NCBI GenBank assembly: GCA_018679295.1
Contig: JAHHLP010000570.1
Span: 1-36,907 of the forward strand
Origin: Rhodothermia bacterium
Lineage (GTDB): Bacteria; Bacteroidota; Rhodothermia; Rhodothermales; JABDKH01
Direction: 5' to 3'
Length of the DNA stretch: 36,907 nucleotides
The translations under genes and the position numbers were made by a program. Below are positions 25,500 to 33,642 of this stretch, piece after piece (position 1 is the stretch's first letter; the number at the start of each line of letters is the position of its first letter). A model generated the notes under the pieces. The model did no database searches. It was not told where the DNA came from and saw nothing but the letters and a program-made list of their open reading frames with translations.

Positions 25500-26731
25500 A
25501 CGTCGAGCAGGCGAGCCGCCGCTTCGCGATCTAGCCCCGAAAGCAGCTTACGGAGATATTCGCTGCGCTCACCGTTTGATGAAACCTGCGCGGCTAACGG
25601 TTTGGGTGCAATTCTTTCGATCGACTCCGGCTCCTCCTCGTACCGCGAAATCAAGCGAAGCAATTCACCCAGCACGTGCGGCTCTCCCCGGTACGATTCA
25701 ATCTCGATCGGTTGATGCAGCCCGGACGTGCGAACCTCCACGGCGATAACCGAAAGGTGGTCGGCCAACAGGGCCTCGATCTCCTCGACAGGTTGACGAG
25801 AGACGAGGTCTTCCGCAATTGGACACGCACCCTGAAGATGCACGACGACGACGGCATCCCTGGCATCGCCGGAAGATTGGCTGTTTTCCTCCCATGCTTT
25901 GGCGACCGCCTGCTCCAGATCCGACAGGTTCTGCACACCTGCTAGAGATTCTACATGGAGGCTAGCCCACTCGAGAGGCGCTAGCGGTACAAATCTGACC
26001 TGCGGTGGCCTGGCCCTGAATACATCCACCAGCAACCCACCGCGGGCTCCGGTTTCTTTAGGATTCCGGCCTTGGATACTGCCCGGATACCACGCCTTTT
26101 GCTCCGCGTCAACTGCCTGACGATGATGAATGTGGCCGAGCGCCCAGTAGTCGTAACCTCGACTCGCCAGGTCGTCCACACTGCAGGGAGCATAGCGGTC
26201 ATGCGATTCCGACGATGAAGCAGAGGTCACCATTGTATGCAGGACCGCGACGTGTGGCACGTCGCCCTTCACAGCCGGAAACGTGGAGGCGAGGTTTCGA
26301 CTTTCCTTTGCGGTTTCGTGACCGGCTCCGGTTACGCGCCCTATGACCGCGCCCGACTCGTCCTGAATCTCGACCGTCTCGGGACGAGCAGAGTCAAAGA
26401 CCGTGCAGTTGTCCGGAAGAGCTATGCTACCCGCACGCGAGCGCAGTGAAGCAGGGTCGTGATTCCCGCACGCGTAGAACACCCGGATGCCGAGATCTCC
26501 AAGTCGACGAAACTGCTCGACGAGGATCTTTTCAGTCGTAAAGCTGAGGCGACTTCCGTCAAACAAGTCTCCGGCCACGATCACGGCATGGACACCGTCT
26601 TCAACCGCCATGTCCATCGCCCGAACGAACGACTGACGAATCGCCTCTCTCAGGCGGCTACGCAACTCGTCGGATCGGCAGGAAAACGTCGTGTCGAAAT
26701 GAACGTCAGCGATATGCAGGACTCTCAGCAT
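25496..26731 (-). CDS. Mre11/SbcD-family metallophosphoesterase (YhaO-like DNA repair exonuclease)
   Basis: 411-aa ORF. Calcineurin-like phosphoesterase motifs in order: LHIADVHFD, VIVAGDLFD, YACGNHD, VAVLHTMV, WALGHIHH. Confidence 0.85.
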   Translation of the reverse strand: MLRVLHIADVHFDTTFSCRSDELRSRLREAIRQSFVRAMDMAVEDGVHAVIVAGDLFDGSRLSFTTEKILVEQFRRLGDLGIRVFYACGNHDPASLRSRAGSIALPDNCTVFDSARPETVEIQDESGAVIGRVTGAGHETAKESRNLASTFPAVKGDVPHVAVLHTMVTSASSSESHDRYAPCSVDDLASRGYDYWALGHIHHRQAVDAEQKAWYPGSIQGRNPKETGARGGLLVDVFRARPPQVRFVPLAPLEWASLHVESLAGVQNLSDLEQAVAKAWEENSQSSGDARDAVVVVHLQGACPIAEDLVSRQPVEEIEALLADHLSVIAVEVRTSGLHQPIEIESYRGEPHVLGELLRLISRYEEEPESIERIAPKPLAAQVSSNGERSEYLRKLLSGLDREAAARLLDV

Positions 26732-26757
26732 TGCGGGTTGGCGTAAGGGCCGGCGGC

Positions 26758-29700
26758 TTAGTCGTTAATCGTTACGCTTTCACCGCTGCCGGTGAGCCAC
26801 AGCGAGGCGCTGTGGACTTCCTCGCCGGTGATGATCTCCCAGGCAGTCCGATAGCTGGCAAGCTGTCTTTCGTAGCGGCGCTTGAGCGTTTCCACCTTTT
26901 CGTCGGTGTCTGCACGATGCGACTTGAAATCGACAATTGCCCAGCCCGACGCAGAACGGTAGACGAGGTCGATCGTACCGCGGCGGATGACCGCCTCGTC
27001 GTCGTCCCGGTAGGAAAACGGGACCTCAGAATAGACCTCTGAAGCAGACTTAAGTTCACGGAAAAGGGCGGACGACTTGAGGGCCTCGATTTCTTCCACA
27101 AGTTGTTTAATGTGATCAACCGAGATTCCGGCTTTGCGCGCTTCAACCCTTGCGAAAGACTCGATGTCGGTTACCCGCTCTTCGATGAGCGCCTGGAACA
27201 CCTCGTGAATGACAGAGCCGTAGTCGGCGCCTCGTTCGCCCGCCGGAAACTCCTCAACACCGGTCGCTGGATCCTCCCCGGTAGCCGTCACAACCGCGTA
27301 GGTGGGTTCGCTCACCTTCTGCCATTGCTCGCGAATCCGGTCGACGGCCGCGCCAACATCGTCCATCTCTTCCGGCGTTGGAGGCGACCCGGCTGACTCG
27401 ATCGCAGCCAACCCGGGTAACGAATGAAGGGCCGGGAGGAGCCTGCTCCACGGTCCCTGGCCCTTACCACTCGGGTATGTCGAGACGATCAAATGGTCTC
27501 GCGCCCTTGTCGCTGCTACGTAGACGTTGCGAAGCTCTTCGGCATCCGAGTACAGCCTCTCTCTTTCGAGGTCCTCGGCCCAGCCAACCGGCTCGGCCAC
27601 AACCTCTGTGAACCGACCACCGCGGTCCGCGCTGATGGGGATCGAGAGATATTCGTGGCCGTGCTCCCGCGAAACGTGCTGGTTGGGATCTGGGCGGGAG
27701 GTATCGTAACAGTCAGCCAGAATGACCACGGGCGCTTGAAGGCCCTTGGCTTGATGCAGGTTCATGATGCGGACAACATCGGATCGCCCGACGTCCAGCG
27801 TCATTTGCTCGTATTGGTATTTCGAGTCCCGAAGGACCTCGCCTAGTTCAGCGACGACCTGGCTCCAGTTCATTCCCTGCTCCTCCCAACCGCGGACCAG
27901 CGATATGATTCTGAACAGGTTTCCGGCACGCGTCGCCCCACCCTCTAGCCCGGCAGAAAAGGCGACAAGGCCCGTCCACTCGATGATGCTGGAAATGGCA
28001 GCTGCCGGCGACAGTGACATCAGGTTGTCCCGCGCGCGGTCCAGTTGAGCTTTCGCGCCTTCAAGCTTTCCTGCAAGTTCCTCAGGCAAACCATCGGGAA
28101 CCAGGCGCCAGATTCTGAATCCGCCTCCGGCGAGACGCAACTGGTACAATTCATCGTCGCCAAGCCCCACAAGAGGCCCACGCAGATAGCCGAGCATGGC
28201 GACTTCGTCGGCCGGGCGTCGAATCACCTCCAGCATCTGCACCAGCGACCGCAACTCCTCAGACCCCGACAGCGAGTCACCACCGATGATGTCGTACGGC
28301 ACGGCACGCTTCTCGAGCTCCCGGGCATACAGGTCAAGATGGGTGCGCTTGCGAGTGAGGATCATGAAATCTCCCGGAGACCTGTCCGACCGCGTCATCG
28401 CGAGGATGTAGTTGGCGATTGAGACCGCCTCCTTGTCCGCAATTGCGTCCCGTCGGTTCCTGTTGACCTTGGGGATGTCCAAGCGCTGTACACACGGACC
28501 GTCCGCTGCCTCTGACCGAAACGGCAGCAGCCCGTCGTAGTCTGCCTGGTATTCGCGGTCGTGCTCCTCAAAGAGTTTGGAGAACGCAGAGTTGATCCAT
28601 TCGCACAACGGAGGCAGGGATCTGAAGCTGGTCTTCAAGCGATCCTTCCGCCCGCCAGACTCGAGGATCCGATCGGTCACGGCGCGAAAGACGTCGATGT
28701 CCGCCCTGCGAAATCGATAGATCGATTGCTTCTCATCGCCGACAATGAAGAGCCGGCCGGGCTCTGGCAACAGGTCCCGCCAATCAGCCGCGTCACCGCT
28801 CGACGCCAGGTACATGATGATCTCGGCCTGCAGTGGATCCGTATCCTGAAACTCATCGACATAGAAGGCGCCGAACTTTGTTTGAAAGAGCTGCCTCACG
28901 TCCGTCCGGTTTCGGAGCAACCTCGCAGTATAGAGGAGCAGGTCGTGGAATGTGACCAGTCCCTTGTCCCGACGATACGCGGAGAAGTCCTCGACGATAT
29001 CCTCGATGAGCGGCACGACCTTGCCATGCAAATACTGTCGCCAGCGGGTCAGCGCAGGATCGACGATATTCTCGAGCAGGTTCGGTGCCAACACGTCGCG
29101 GACATGCCGCGCCAGCTCTTCATCCGGCCACTTCTTGAGAGTGACGCTGCTCTTTTTCAGCGCCCTCTGATAGATGCGAAGTAATTCGGCCTTGTTCGCG
29201 GCGTCCTCGAAGGAGCGGTTTCGACGATAATATTCCGCTCGATCGATTTGGTCCAGGAACGTGTCGCGCTCAGGGGGAATACTGCCACCAAGCCGTGAAC
29301 GCACCTCCTGAATCTGCTCGAGAACGTCTTGAAGCGCCGGTTGCAGGTCCGGTTCAGAATCGAGACCTGGCCGCAGCGGCAGGTCGGAGTTTTCCGTGCG
29401 TGTGACGAAGAAATCATACAGCTCACCGACGTCTACGCCGAGGCGCCGAAGCTCGTCAATTCGCGTGTCTCCACTCGCATAGAGCTCCTGGATTGCGTCA
29501 CGCCAGAAATGGCGCCATAGGACGGTTACCTCATGTTCGTCCACCTCCGTGAAATCCGGCCGCAGTCCTGCCTCCAATGGACGCTCGCGAAGGAGCCGGG
29601 CGCAAAAGGCGTGAATCGTACCGATGAAGCAACGGTCTATTCTGCGAAGCGCCTCGGCAGCGCGTATGCTCTCTGCCGCCTTCTCACGGAGCTTCTCCGC

Positions 29701-29955
29701 AAACCTCGCCCGCATCTCTCCCGCTGCCATCCGGGTAAATGTGATGGCAACCAGCGAGTCGATTTCGACCGTGCCGGAGACGACCCCAGCAACCATACGA
29801 CGGATCAACGCCTCGGTCTTACCGGTCCCCGCGCTGGCTACGACTACGAGATTAATGCCGAGCTCTTCCTCGATAACGCGGCGCTCCGCTTCATCGGGAA
29901 GGTCCGTGGGCGCGGCGTCCGCCTGTGGCTTCATGTCTACAAGGATTTCATCCAC
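26758..29955 (-). CDS. addA: ATP-dependent helicase-nuclease subunit A (UvrD/Rep-type SF1 helicase with C-terminal RecB-type PD-(D/E)XK nuclease)
   Basis: 1065-aa ORF. Motif I VVASAGTGKT, FYVDEFQDTD (motif II), YRFRRAD, C-terminal helicase motifs (VYVAATRARDHL). Nuclease motif GTIDLVYRSASGWAIVDFKS at the C-terminus. The called GTG at 29955 overlaps addB by 19 nt; an ATG at 29934 lies 2 nt after the addB stop and is an equally plausible start. Confidence 0.85.
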   Translation of the reverse strand: MDEILVDMKPQADAAPTDLPDEAERRVIEEELGINLVVVASAGTGKTEALIRRMVAGVVSGTVEIDSLVAITFTRMAAGEMRARFAEKLREKAAESIRAAEALRRIDRCFIGTIHAFCARLLRERPLEAGLRPDFTEVDEHEVTVLWRHFWRDAIQELYASGDTRIDELRRLGVDVGELYDFFVTRTENSDLPLRPGLDSEPDLQPALQDVLEQIQEVRSRLGGSIPPERDTFLDQIDRAEYYRRNRSFEDAANKAELLRIYQRALKKSSVTLKKWPDEELARHVRDVLAPNLLENIVDPALTRWRQYLHGKVVPLIEDIVEDFSAYRRDKGLVTFHDLLLYTARLLRNRTDVRQLFQTKFGAFYVDEFQDTDPLQAEIIMYLASSGDAADWRDLLPEPGRLFIVGDEKQSIYRFRRADIDVFRAVTDRILESGGRKDRLKTSFRSLPPLCEWINSAFSKLFEEHDREYQADYDGLLPFRSEAADGPCVQRLDIPKVNRNRRDAIADKEAVSIANYILAMTRSDRSPGDFMILTRKRTHLDLYARELEKRAVPYDIIGGDSLSGSEELRSLVQMLEVIRRPADEVAMLGYLRGPLVGLGDDELYQLRLAGGGFRIWRLVPDGLPEELAGKLEGAKAQLDRARDNLMSLSPAAAISSIIEWTGLVAFSAGLEGGATRAGNLFRIISLVRGWEEQGMNWSQVVAELGEVLRDSKYQYEQMTLDVGRSDVVRIMNLHQAKGLQAPVVILADCYDTSRPDPNQHVSREHGHEYLSIPISADRGGRFTEVVAEPVGWAEDLERERLYSDAEELRNVYVAATRARDHLIVSTYPSGKGQGPWSRLLPALHSLPGLAAIESAGSPPTPEEMDDVGAAVDRIREQWQKVSEPTYAVVTATGEDPATGVEEFPAGERGADYGSVIHEVFQALIEERVTDIESFARVEARKAGISVDHIKQLVEEIEALKSSALFRELKSASEVYSEVPFSYRDDDEAVIRRGTIDLVYRSASGWAIVDFKSHRADTDEKVETLKRRYERQLASYRTAWEIITGEEVHSASLWLTGSGESVTIND

Positions 29956-32900
29956 TCCGATAGCAGCTCCAGTATCTCGTTCTTTGATTTCGTTTTCTCC
30001 AGTGCTGCCGGCAGATCAGACTGGAACTTGCGCTCGCTCGAACAGACCGAACGATAGTCGCAAAACTTGCATGGAGAACTCCTCGTGTCTCTCTTCTGGA
30101 AATGGAAGAAAGCGCCGCGCTCGGCCATCTCCAGTAGGGGTGACAGGTATCTGCCGACCACGTCACGATCGGGAACCTCGTGCGATATTCGGCGACCATA
30201 CTCACGATCGCCGACAAAGAAGTAGCCCGACTCGGTTACCTCCAGATTGGTGGGCAGACCCTTCATGAGATTCTCGAAGGCAAACGCGTAAAGCGCCCAC
30301 TGAAGCTTCTCGCCCTTGAAGGGATTTGTCCGGTCGAAGGGTGCCGACGAGCCCGTCTTATAATCCCAGATCTTGAACCCCGATGAAGTCCTATCAACAC
30401 GGTCGATGCTTCCGCGGAGCCTGATGGTCGCGTACTTGCCCAATCCAATCTCCACTGGCCGTGGGTGACGACTGCCTTCGGCGCCGCCACCGAACTTCAG
30501 CTCAAAGTGAATCGGTTCTACGTCCGGGTCGCTCCGGCTTTCCGCAGCCAGAAAGATCTGAGCCGCCGTCTTGATTTGGCGCAGCCCGGCTCGATACGCC
30601 AAAGGAGTCTCCGGCGGGATTCGCTCGCAAGCTGATTCTGCATATTGTTCGGCGAGGTCCAGGATCTCCGAACGATGACGGTCAAGGTCGGGCCGCTCGG
30701 ACCGCTCCTGCAGACGCATCATGAATTCGCATAACAGCTCGTGAACGAGCTTGCCAAATTCACGCGCATCAAGCCACCTGTTATCCTCAGGGTCGATTTC
30801 ATCCGGCGGTTCAACATAAAGCACGTGCTGAAGGAAGTACCGATGAGGGCACTCTGCCAGCCTCTCAAGGCGAGAGGCTGAAATCGCCTTCTGATCGCGC
30901 AGGCTGAGTTCGGGCGCCGCGCGGCCGAGATAGCCGTCGAAACGGGTGAGCTCGGGACTGTTGCGGGCTGTCGTCGCCGTCAGACCGGCGGCAAGTAACG
31001 GATAACGGTTCACGGCAGCGTCGACAAACTGAGCGCTTCGACGCTGCGACAGCCACGCATCAGACTCGGAAATAGCTTCTTCAAGCGCCGGTACTGATGT
31101 GTACCGGATTGGATTTTCGAGATCGAGGTCCTCGCGGCACTGAGCGTAGATCGACGACGCGTAGCGTTCTCGACCGTCGACGACGTCGAAACGATTTGCC
31201 GTGAGAGTTACCGGACCCTCGAGCGTCCCGAGCATCCGTAACAGATGCCATGTTCTTTCGGCGGGTCGCGAGCGAAAATCCGGCAGACGCGAGGATATCT
31301 TCGCTCGCTCTTCGTCTAGCAGCACGGGGCTTTCCATCCCCCCGCCAGGAAAGGAACCTTCATCAAGCCCAACAACAAAGGTGTAGGGGCGCCCGCTATA
31401 GCCGGCACGCTCGACAGGAACGACATAAAGATGGCCCTCGCGAGCGACGGATGCCGCGGAGTGATGCGATTCGAGGAGCTGCTGTATCAACGATGACAGG
31501 GAGGCCGTTGGGCCGGAGATATCCATCTCCGATATTGCACGCAGCCGGTCCAAAATTGACTCAAGCATCTGCGCCTCGACCTCACTCGCAGGACGAAAAT
31601 AATCCGCGAGAAATCGGAGGCCGGCTTGCGCAAGTTTGGCCACTGAGGAATGGTCCATCTCTGGCACGATACCGAGGAGGCGCTCGACGGCCTCTCTGCC
31701 AACCGTCAGGCGTTCGATCTTTCGCTTGGAATCACGTCCAAACCCCGACGCCTCTTCCGCTTCTATCTGGCGTCGCTGTCTCGCAAAGGCATCGAGAATC
31801 TCATCCCGCCCTCTGCCTGCTTTCCTGACGTCCAGCGTCTCTGCGATGTCACAACGCCGGGGCTTCCGAGCCTGGCCACCTTTCCACGGGATTCGAATGA
31901 CACGAGACCTCAAAAGGTGCGACAAGCCGTTGGCATCGAGGCCGTTCGCAATCCATCGGTAGAACCCGATCACAGCCTGACCACAACGGCCCAACCGGAT
32001 CGGCAAGCCTTCCGAGAGCGTGATCGGAAGTCCCAACGAATACGCAGCGTTGGCTATCAGCGGGAGGTACGGTTGCGAGGTCGTGTACGCAACTTCCACC
32101 GAGTCAAGTGGCACGTCCATGGACCGGACGTCACGAAAGACGCCCCGCACCTCTGCGTCCACGCCCACAGCATCCCGGAGCTGCACCTTCGACTTGTCGT
32201 GTGGCTCCAGTTCGCGAATGCGGATCTGGCCGGCGGGATGCACAGCCTGGGTTCCGGTGGTGGGAAACGAGATTTCGTCAAAGCGAGACGCGACCGTTCG
32301 ACGCGGAGGATCGACCTGGAAATCATTCCGCCCGATCCGCGAGAACTCGCCGCAGGCGTCGCGCAACAACGTGAAGAATTTGAAAGGCAGGAAGGCAACT
32401 TCGACCTCGTCGAGTACGGCGACCGATTCGTATCGGCAACCTAGACTCTTGACTCGTTCGATACCGACGCGATAGACGTCGGCGGAATCGTATTGCCCCT
32501 CTCGCGCGATCGCACGTTCATAGGCCTGGTAGACCTCACCGAGAAAAGACGCTTTGGCCGGGTCGATTCCGGCTTTGGCGAGGCGAGCCGATGACACGCC
32601 CGCGAGGCGGAGATCCGAGATTGTATTCGCTATTGCCCGAACCAGGCCGGGCGAGACGGCCAGCGACTTCCGAAATTGATCGTCAGGTCCTGCGGCATCC
32701 AACGCCGACGATAGAATGCGATGGACCACGAAAGCGGCCCCATCGGCAGAAAGCCGCTCAGCCTTTTCGTTAAGAACAGGCGCTGCATACCACTCGGCGA
32801 GGGACAGTGGAGTCTCGACGTGCAGGTTGACCCAGCGGAGGCCGTGCAGCGCCAGAGACGTTGTGAGATTGTAACCGACCTGCTTACTCGGGACAATCAA

Positions 32901-33017
32901 CAGTTTTCGACCGACGGGATTCTTTCGGCAGAACTCCTGAAGTTGCTCTATGACGTATGAGATCTTCTCCTCACCTCCTGGATGGGTAACTCGAGCCTCG
33001 CGGTGGCTCTCAAACAA
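29937..33017 (-). CDS. addB: Helicase-nuclease subunit B (PD-(D/E)XK nuclease with Fe-S cluster cysteines; inactivated helicase-like N-terminus)
   Basis: 1026-aa ORF. C-terminal nuclease motif GSIDRVDRTSSGFKIWDYKTGS. One upstream Cys (LAECPHRYF) plus CKFCDYRSVC downstream give the 1+3 Cys pattern of AddB iron-staple domains. No GxxGxGK(T/S) Walker A at the N-terminus (LLIVPSKQVG instead). Immediately upstream of addA. Confidence 0.8.
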   Translation of the reverse strand: MFESHREARVTHPGGEEKISYVIEQLQEFCRKNPVGRKLLIVPSKQVGYNLTTSLALHGLRWVNLHVETPLSLAEWYAAPVLNEKAERLSADGAAFVVHRILSSALDAAGPDDQFRKSLAVSPGLVRAIANTISDLRLAGVSSARLAKAGIDPAKASFLGEVYQAYERAIAREGQYDSADVYRVGIERVKSLGCRYESVAVLDEVEVAFLPFKFFTLLRDACGEFSRIGRNDFQVDPPRRTVASRFDEISFPTTGTQAVHPAGQIRIRELEPHDKSKVQLRDAVGVDAEVRGVFRDVRSMDVPLDSVEVAYTTSQPYLPLIANAAYSLGLPITLSEGLPIRLGRCGQAVIGFYRWIANGLDANGLSHLLRSRVIRIPWKGGQARKPRRCDIAETLDVRKAGRGRDEILDAFARQRRQIEAEEASGFGRDSKRKIERLTVGREAVERLLGIVPEMDHSSVAKLAQAGLRFLADYFRPASEVEAQMLESILDRLRAISEMDISGPTASLSSLIQQLLESHHSAASVAREGHLYVVPVERAGYSGRPYTFVVGLDEGSFPGGGMESPVLLDEERAKISSRLPDFRSRPAERTWHLLRMLGTLEGPVTLTANRFDVVDGRERYASSIYAQCREDLDLENPIRYTSVPALEEAISESDAWLSQRRSAQFVDAAVNRYPLLAAGLTATTARNSPELTRFDGYLGRAAPELSLRDQKAISASRLERLAECPHRYFLQHVLYVEPPDEIDPEDNRWLDAREFGKLVHELLCEFMMRLQERSERPDLDRHRSEILDLAEQYAESACERIPPETPLAYRAGLRQIKTAAQIFLAAESRSDPDVEPIHFELKFGGGAEGSRHPRPVEIGLGKYATIRLRGSIDRVDRTSSGFKIWDYKTGSSAPFDRTNPFKGEKLQWALYAFAFENLMKGLPTNLEVTESGYFFVGDREYGRRISHEVPDRDVVGRYLSPLLEMAERGAFFHFQKRDTRSSPCKFCDYRSVCSSERKFQSDLPAALEKTKSKNEILELLSEWMKSL

Positions 33018-33079
33018 AAGACGACAACGGTTGGACGCCCAATCTAGGGTGTGGGGGTGACACCCCTATGTCACAGCGG

Positions 33080-33172
33080 CTATGTGATCAGGCCGATGAT
33101 CGTCATGATCAGAACGACACCGATGAGGATACCGATGGCGACAACGATGTCTTTCTGCAGTCGTTTGTTCAT
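33080..33172 (-). CDS. Possible 30-aa hydrophobic micro-protein (single TM helix)
   Basis: Not in the supplied track (below its length cut-off). The reverse complement reads ATG AAC AAA CGA CTG CAG AAA GAC ATC GTT GTC GCC ATC GGT ATC CTC ATC GGT GTC GTT CTG ATC ATG ACG ATC ATC GGC CTG ATC ACA TAG, which is MNKRLQKDIVVAIGILIGVVLIMTIIGLIT. Host-like C-ending codons. It lies 62 nt upstream of addB and downstream of a terminator. No clear SD or promoter. Confidence 0.3.
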   Translation of the reverse strand: MNKRLQKDIVVAIGILIGVVLIMTIIGLIT

Positions 33173-33237
33173 TGCTTACCCGCGATGCGTGGGACCGGGC
33201 GGTGGCGCAATACATGGAGCCCGATAAGTGCAGAGGC

Positions 33238-33277
33238 AAAAAAAGAAAAAAGGACCGGCTACTCAAGTGCCGGTCCT
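33238..33277 (-). terminator. Rho-independent terminator of the 69-aa gene
   Basis: On the minus strand: AGGACCGGC-acttgagta-GCCGGTCCT (plus-strand arms 33251-33259 and 33269-33277), followed by TTTTTCTTTTTTT. It lies 35 nt after the stop at 33312. Confidence 0.85.
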
Positions 33278-33311
33278 TCTAAAACGCATCTCTTTTCAAA
33301 TGAAAGTCCGC

Positions 33312-33521
33312 CTATTCGTTAGAGACCTGCTTATAGAGCGATTTGAGGCGGATAACCACACGCGTGGCCATGGTGGCCGCGTCCGAGAAAACCTCGTGCG
33401 TTACGTTGCCGTCCTTAAGACCGGCTTCGAGAAACTCCTTGAGCTCGTCGTACCAGCGGTGCAACGTCTCAATCTCTGCTTCGAGCCGGTCCTCGGCCTC
33501 GTTTGACGGAATGGTGGACAT
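33312..33521 (-). CDS. Small acidic helical hypothetical protein (69 aa)
   Basis: ATG-initiated ORF with host-like codon bias and a helix-forming acidic sequence (EAEDRLEAEIETLHRWYDELKEFLEAGLKDG). It has its own strong intrinsic terminator. No family recognised. Confidence 0.6.
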   Translation of the reverse strand: MSTIPSNEAEDRLEAEIETLHRWYDELKEFLEAGLKDGNVTHEVFSDAATMATRVVIRLKSLYKQVSNE

Positions 33522-33642
33522 GGGTGACCCACATTAGAGGTACGAAATCCCCGTTTGTATCGACTTGGGGGACCTATACTTAAGGCGGTTCAGCACGCTT
33601 GATTTCCCTTTTTTTACGGGTTTCAGTGGCTTTGTGCTGGAC

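Noticed and set aside
24525-25715. Long antisense ORFs inside confidently called genes (24525-25715 +, 396 aa; also 35915-36739 +, 18707-19414 -, 19622-20257 -, 16459-17016 -, 28561-29184 +, 31650-32444 +)
   Set aside because: These are typical shadow ORFs of a high-GC genome. Their products are Arg/Ser/Pro-rich and low in complexity with no motifs. Each is fully embedded opposite a gene with strong family motifs.
22818-33017. UvrD-like helicase + PD-(D/E)XK nuclease + SMC-like ATPase + phosphoesterase as a phage-defence system (Gabija, Lamassu or similar)
   Set aside because: The helicase-nuclease pair has the specific AddA/AddB hallmarks: RecB-type nuclease motifs in both subunits, the AddB 1+3 Cys Fe-S pattern, and addB-addA order. 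The ATPase/phosphoesterase pair looks like Mre11-Rad50/YhaO-YhaN-type repair proteins. No OLD/TOPRIM or other defence-specific domains, and no neighbouring defence or mobile genes, were seen. Housekeeping DSB repair is the simpler explanation.
33066-33266. 66-aa minus-strand track ORF
   Set aside because: It starts inside the terminator hairpin and T-tract of the upstream gene. Its product is His/Arg-rich and low in complexity. The alternative 30-aa frame in the same region looks more gene-like.
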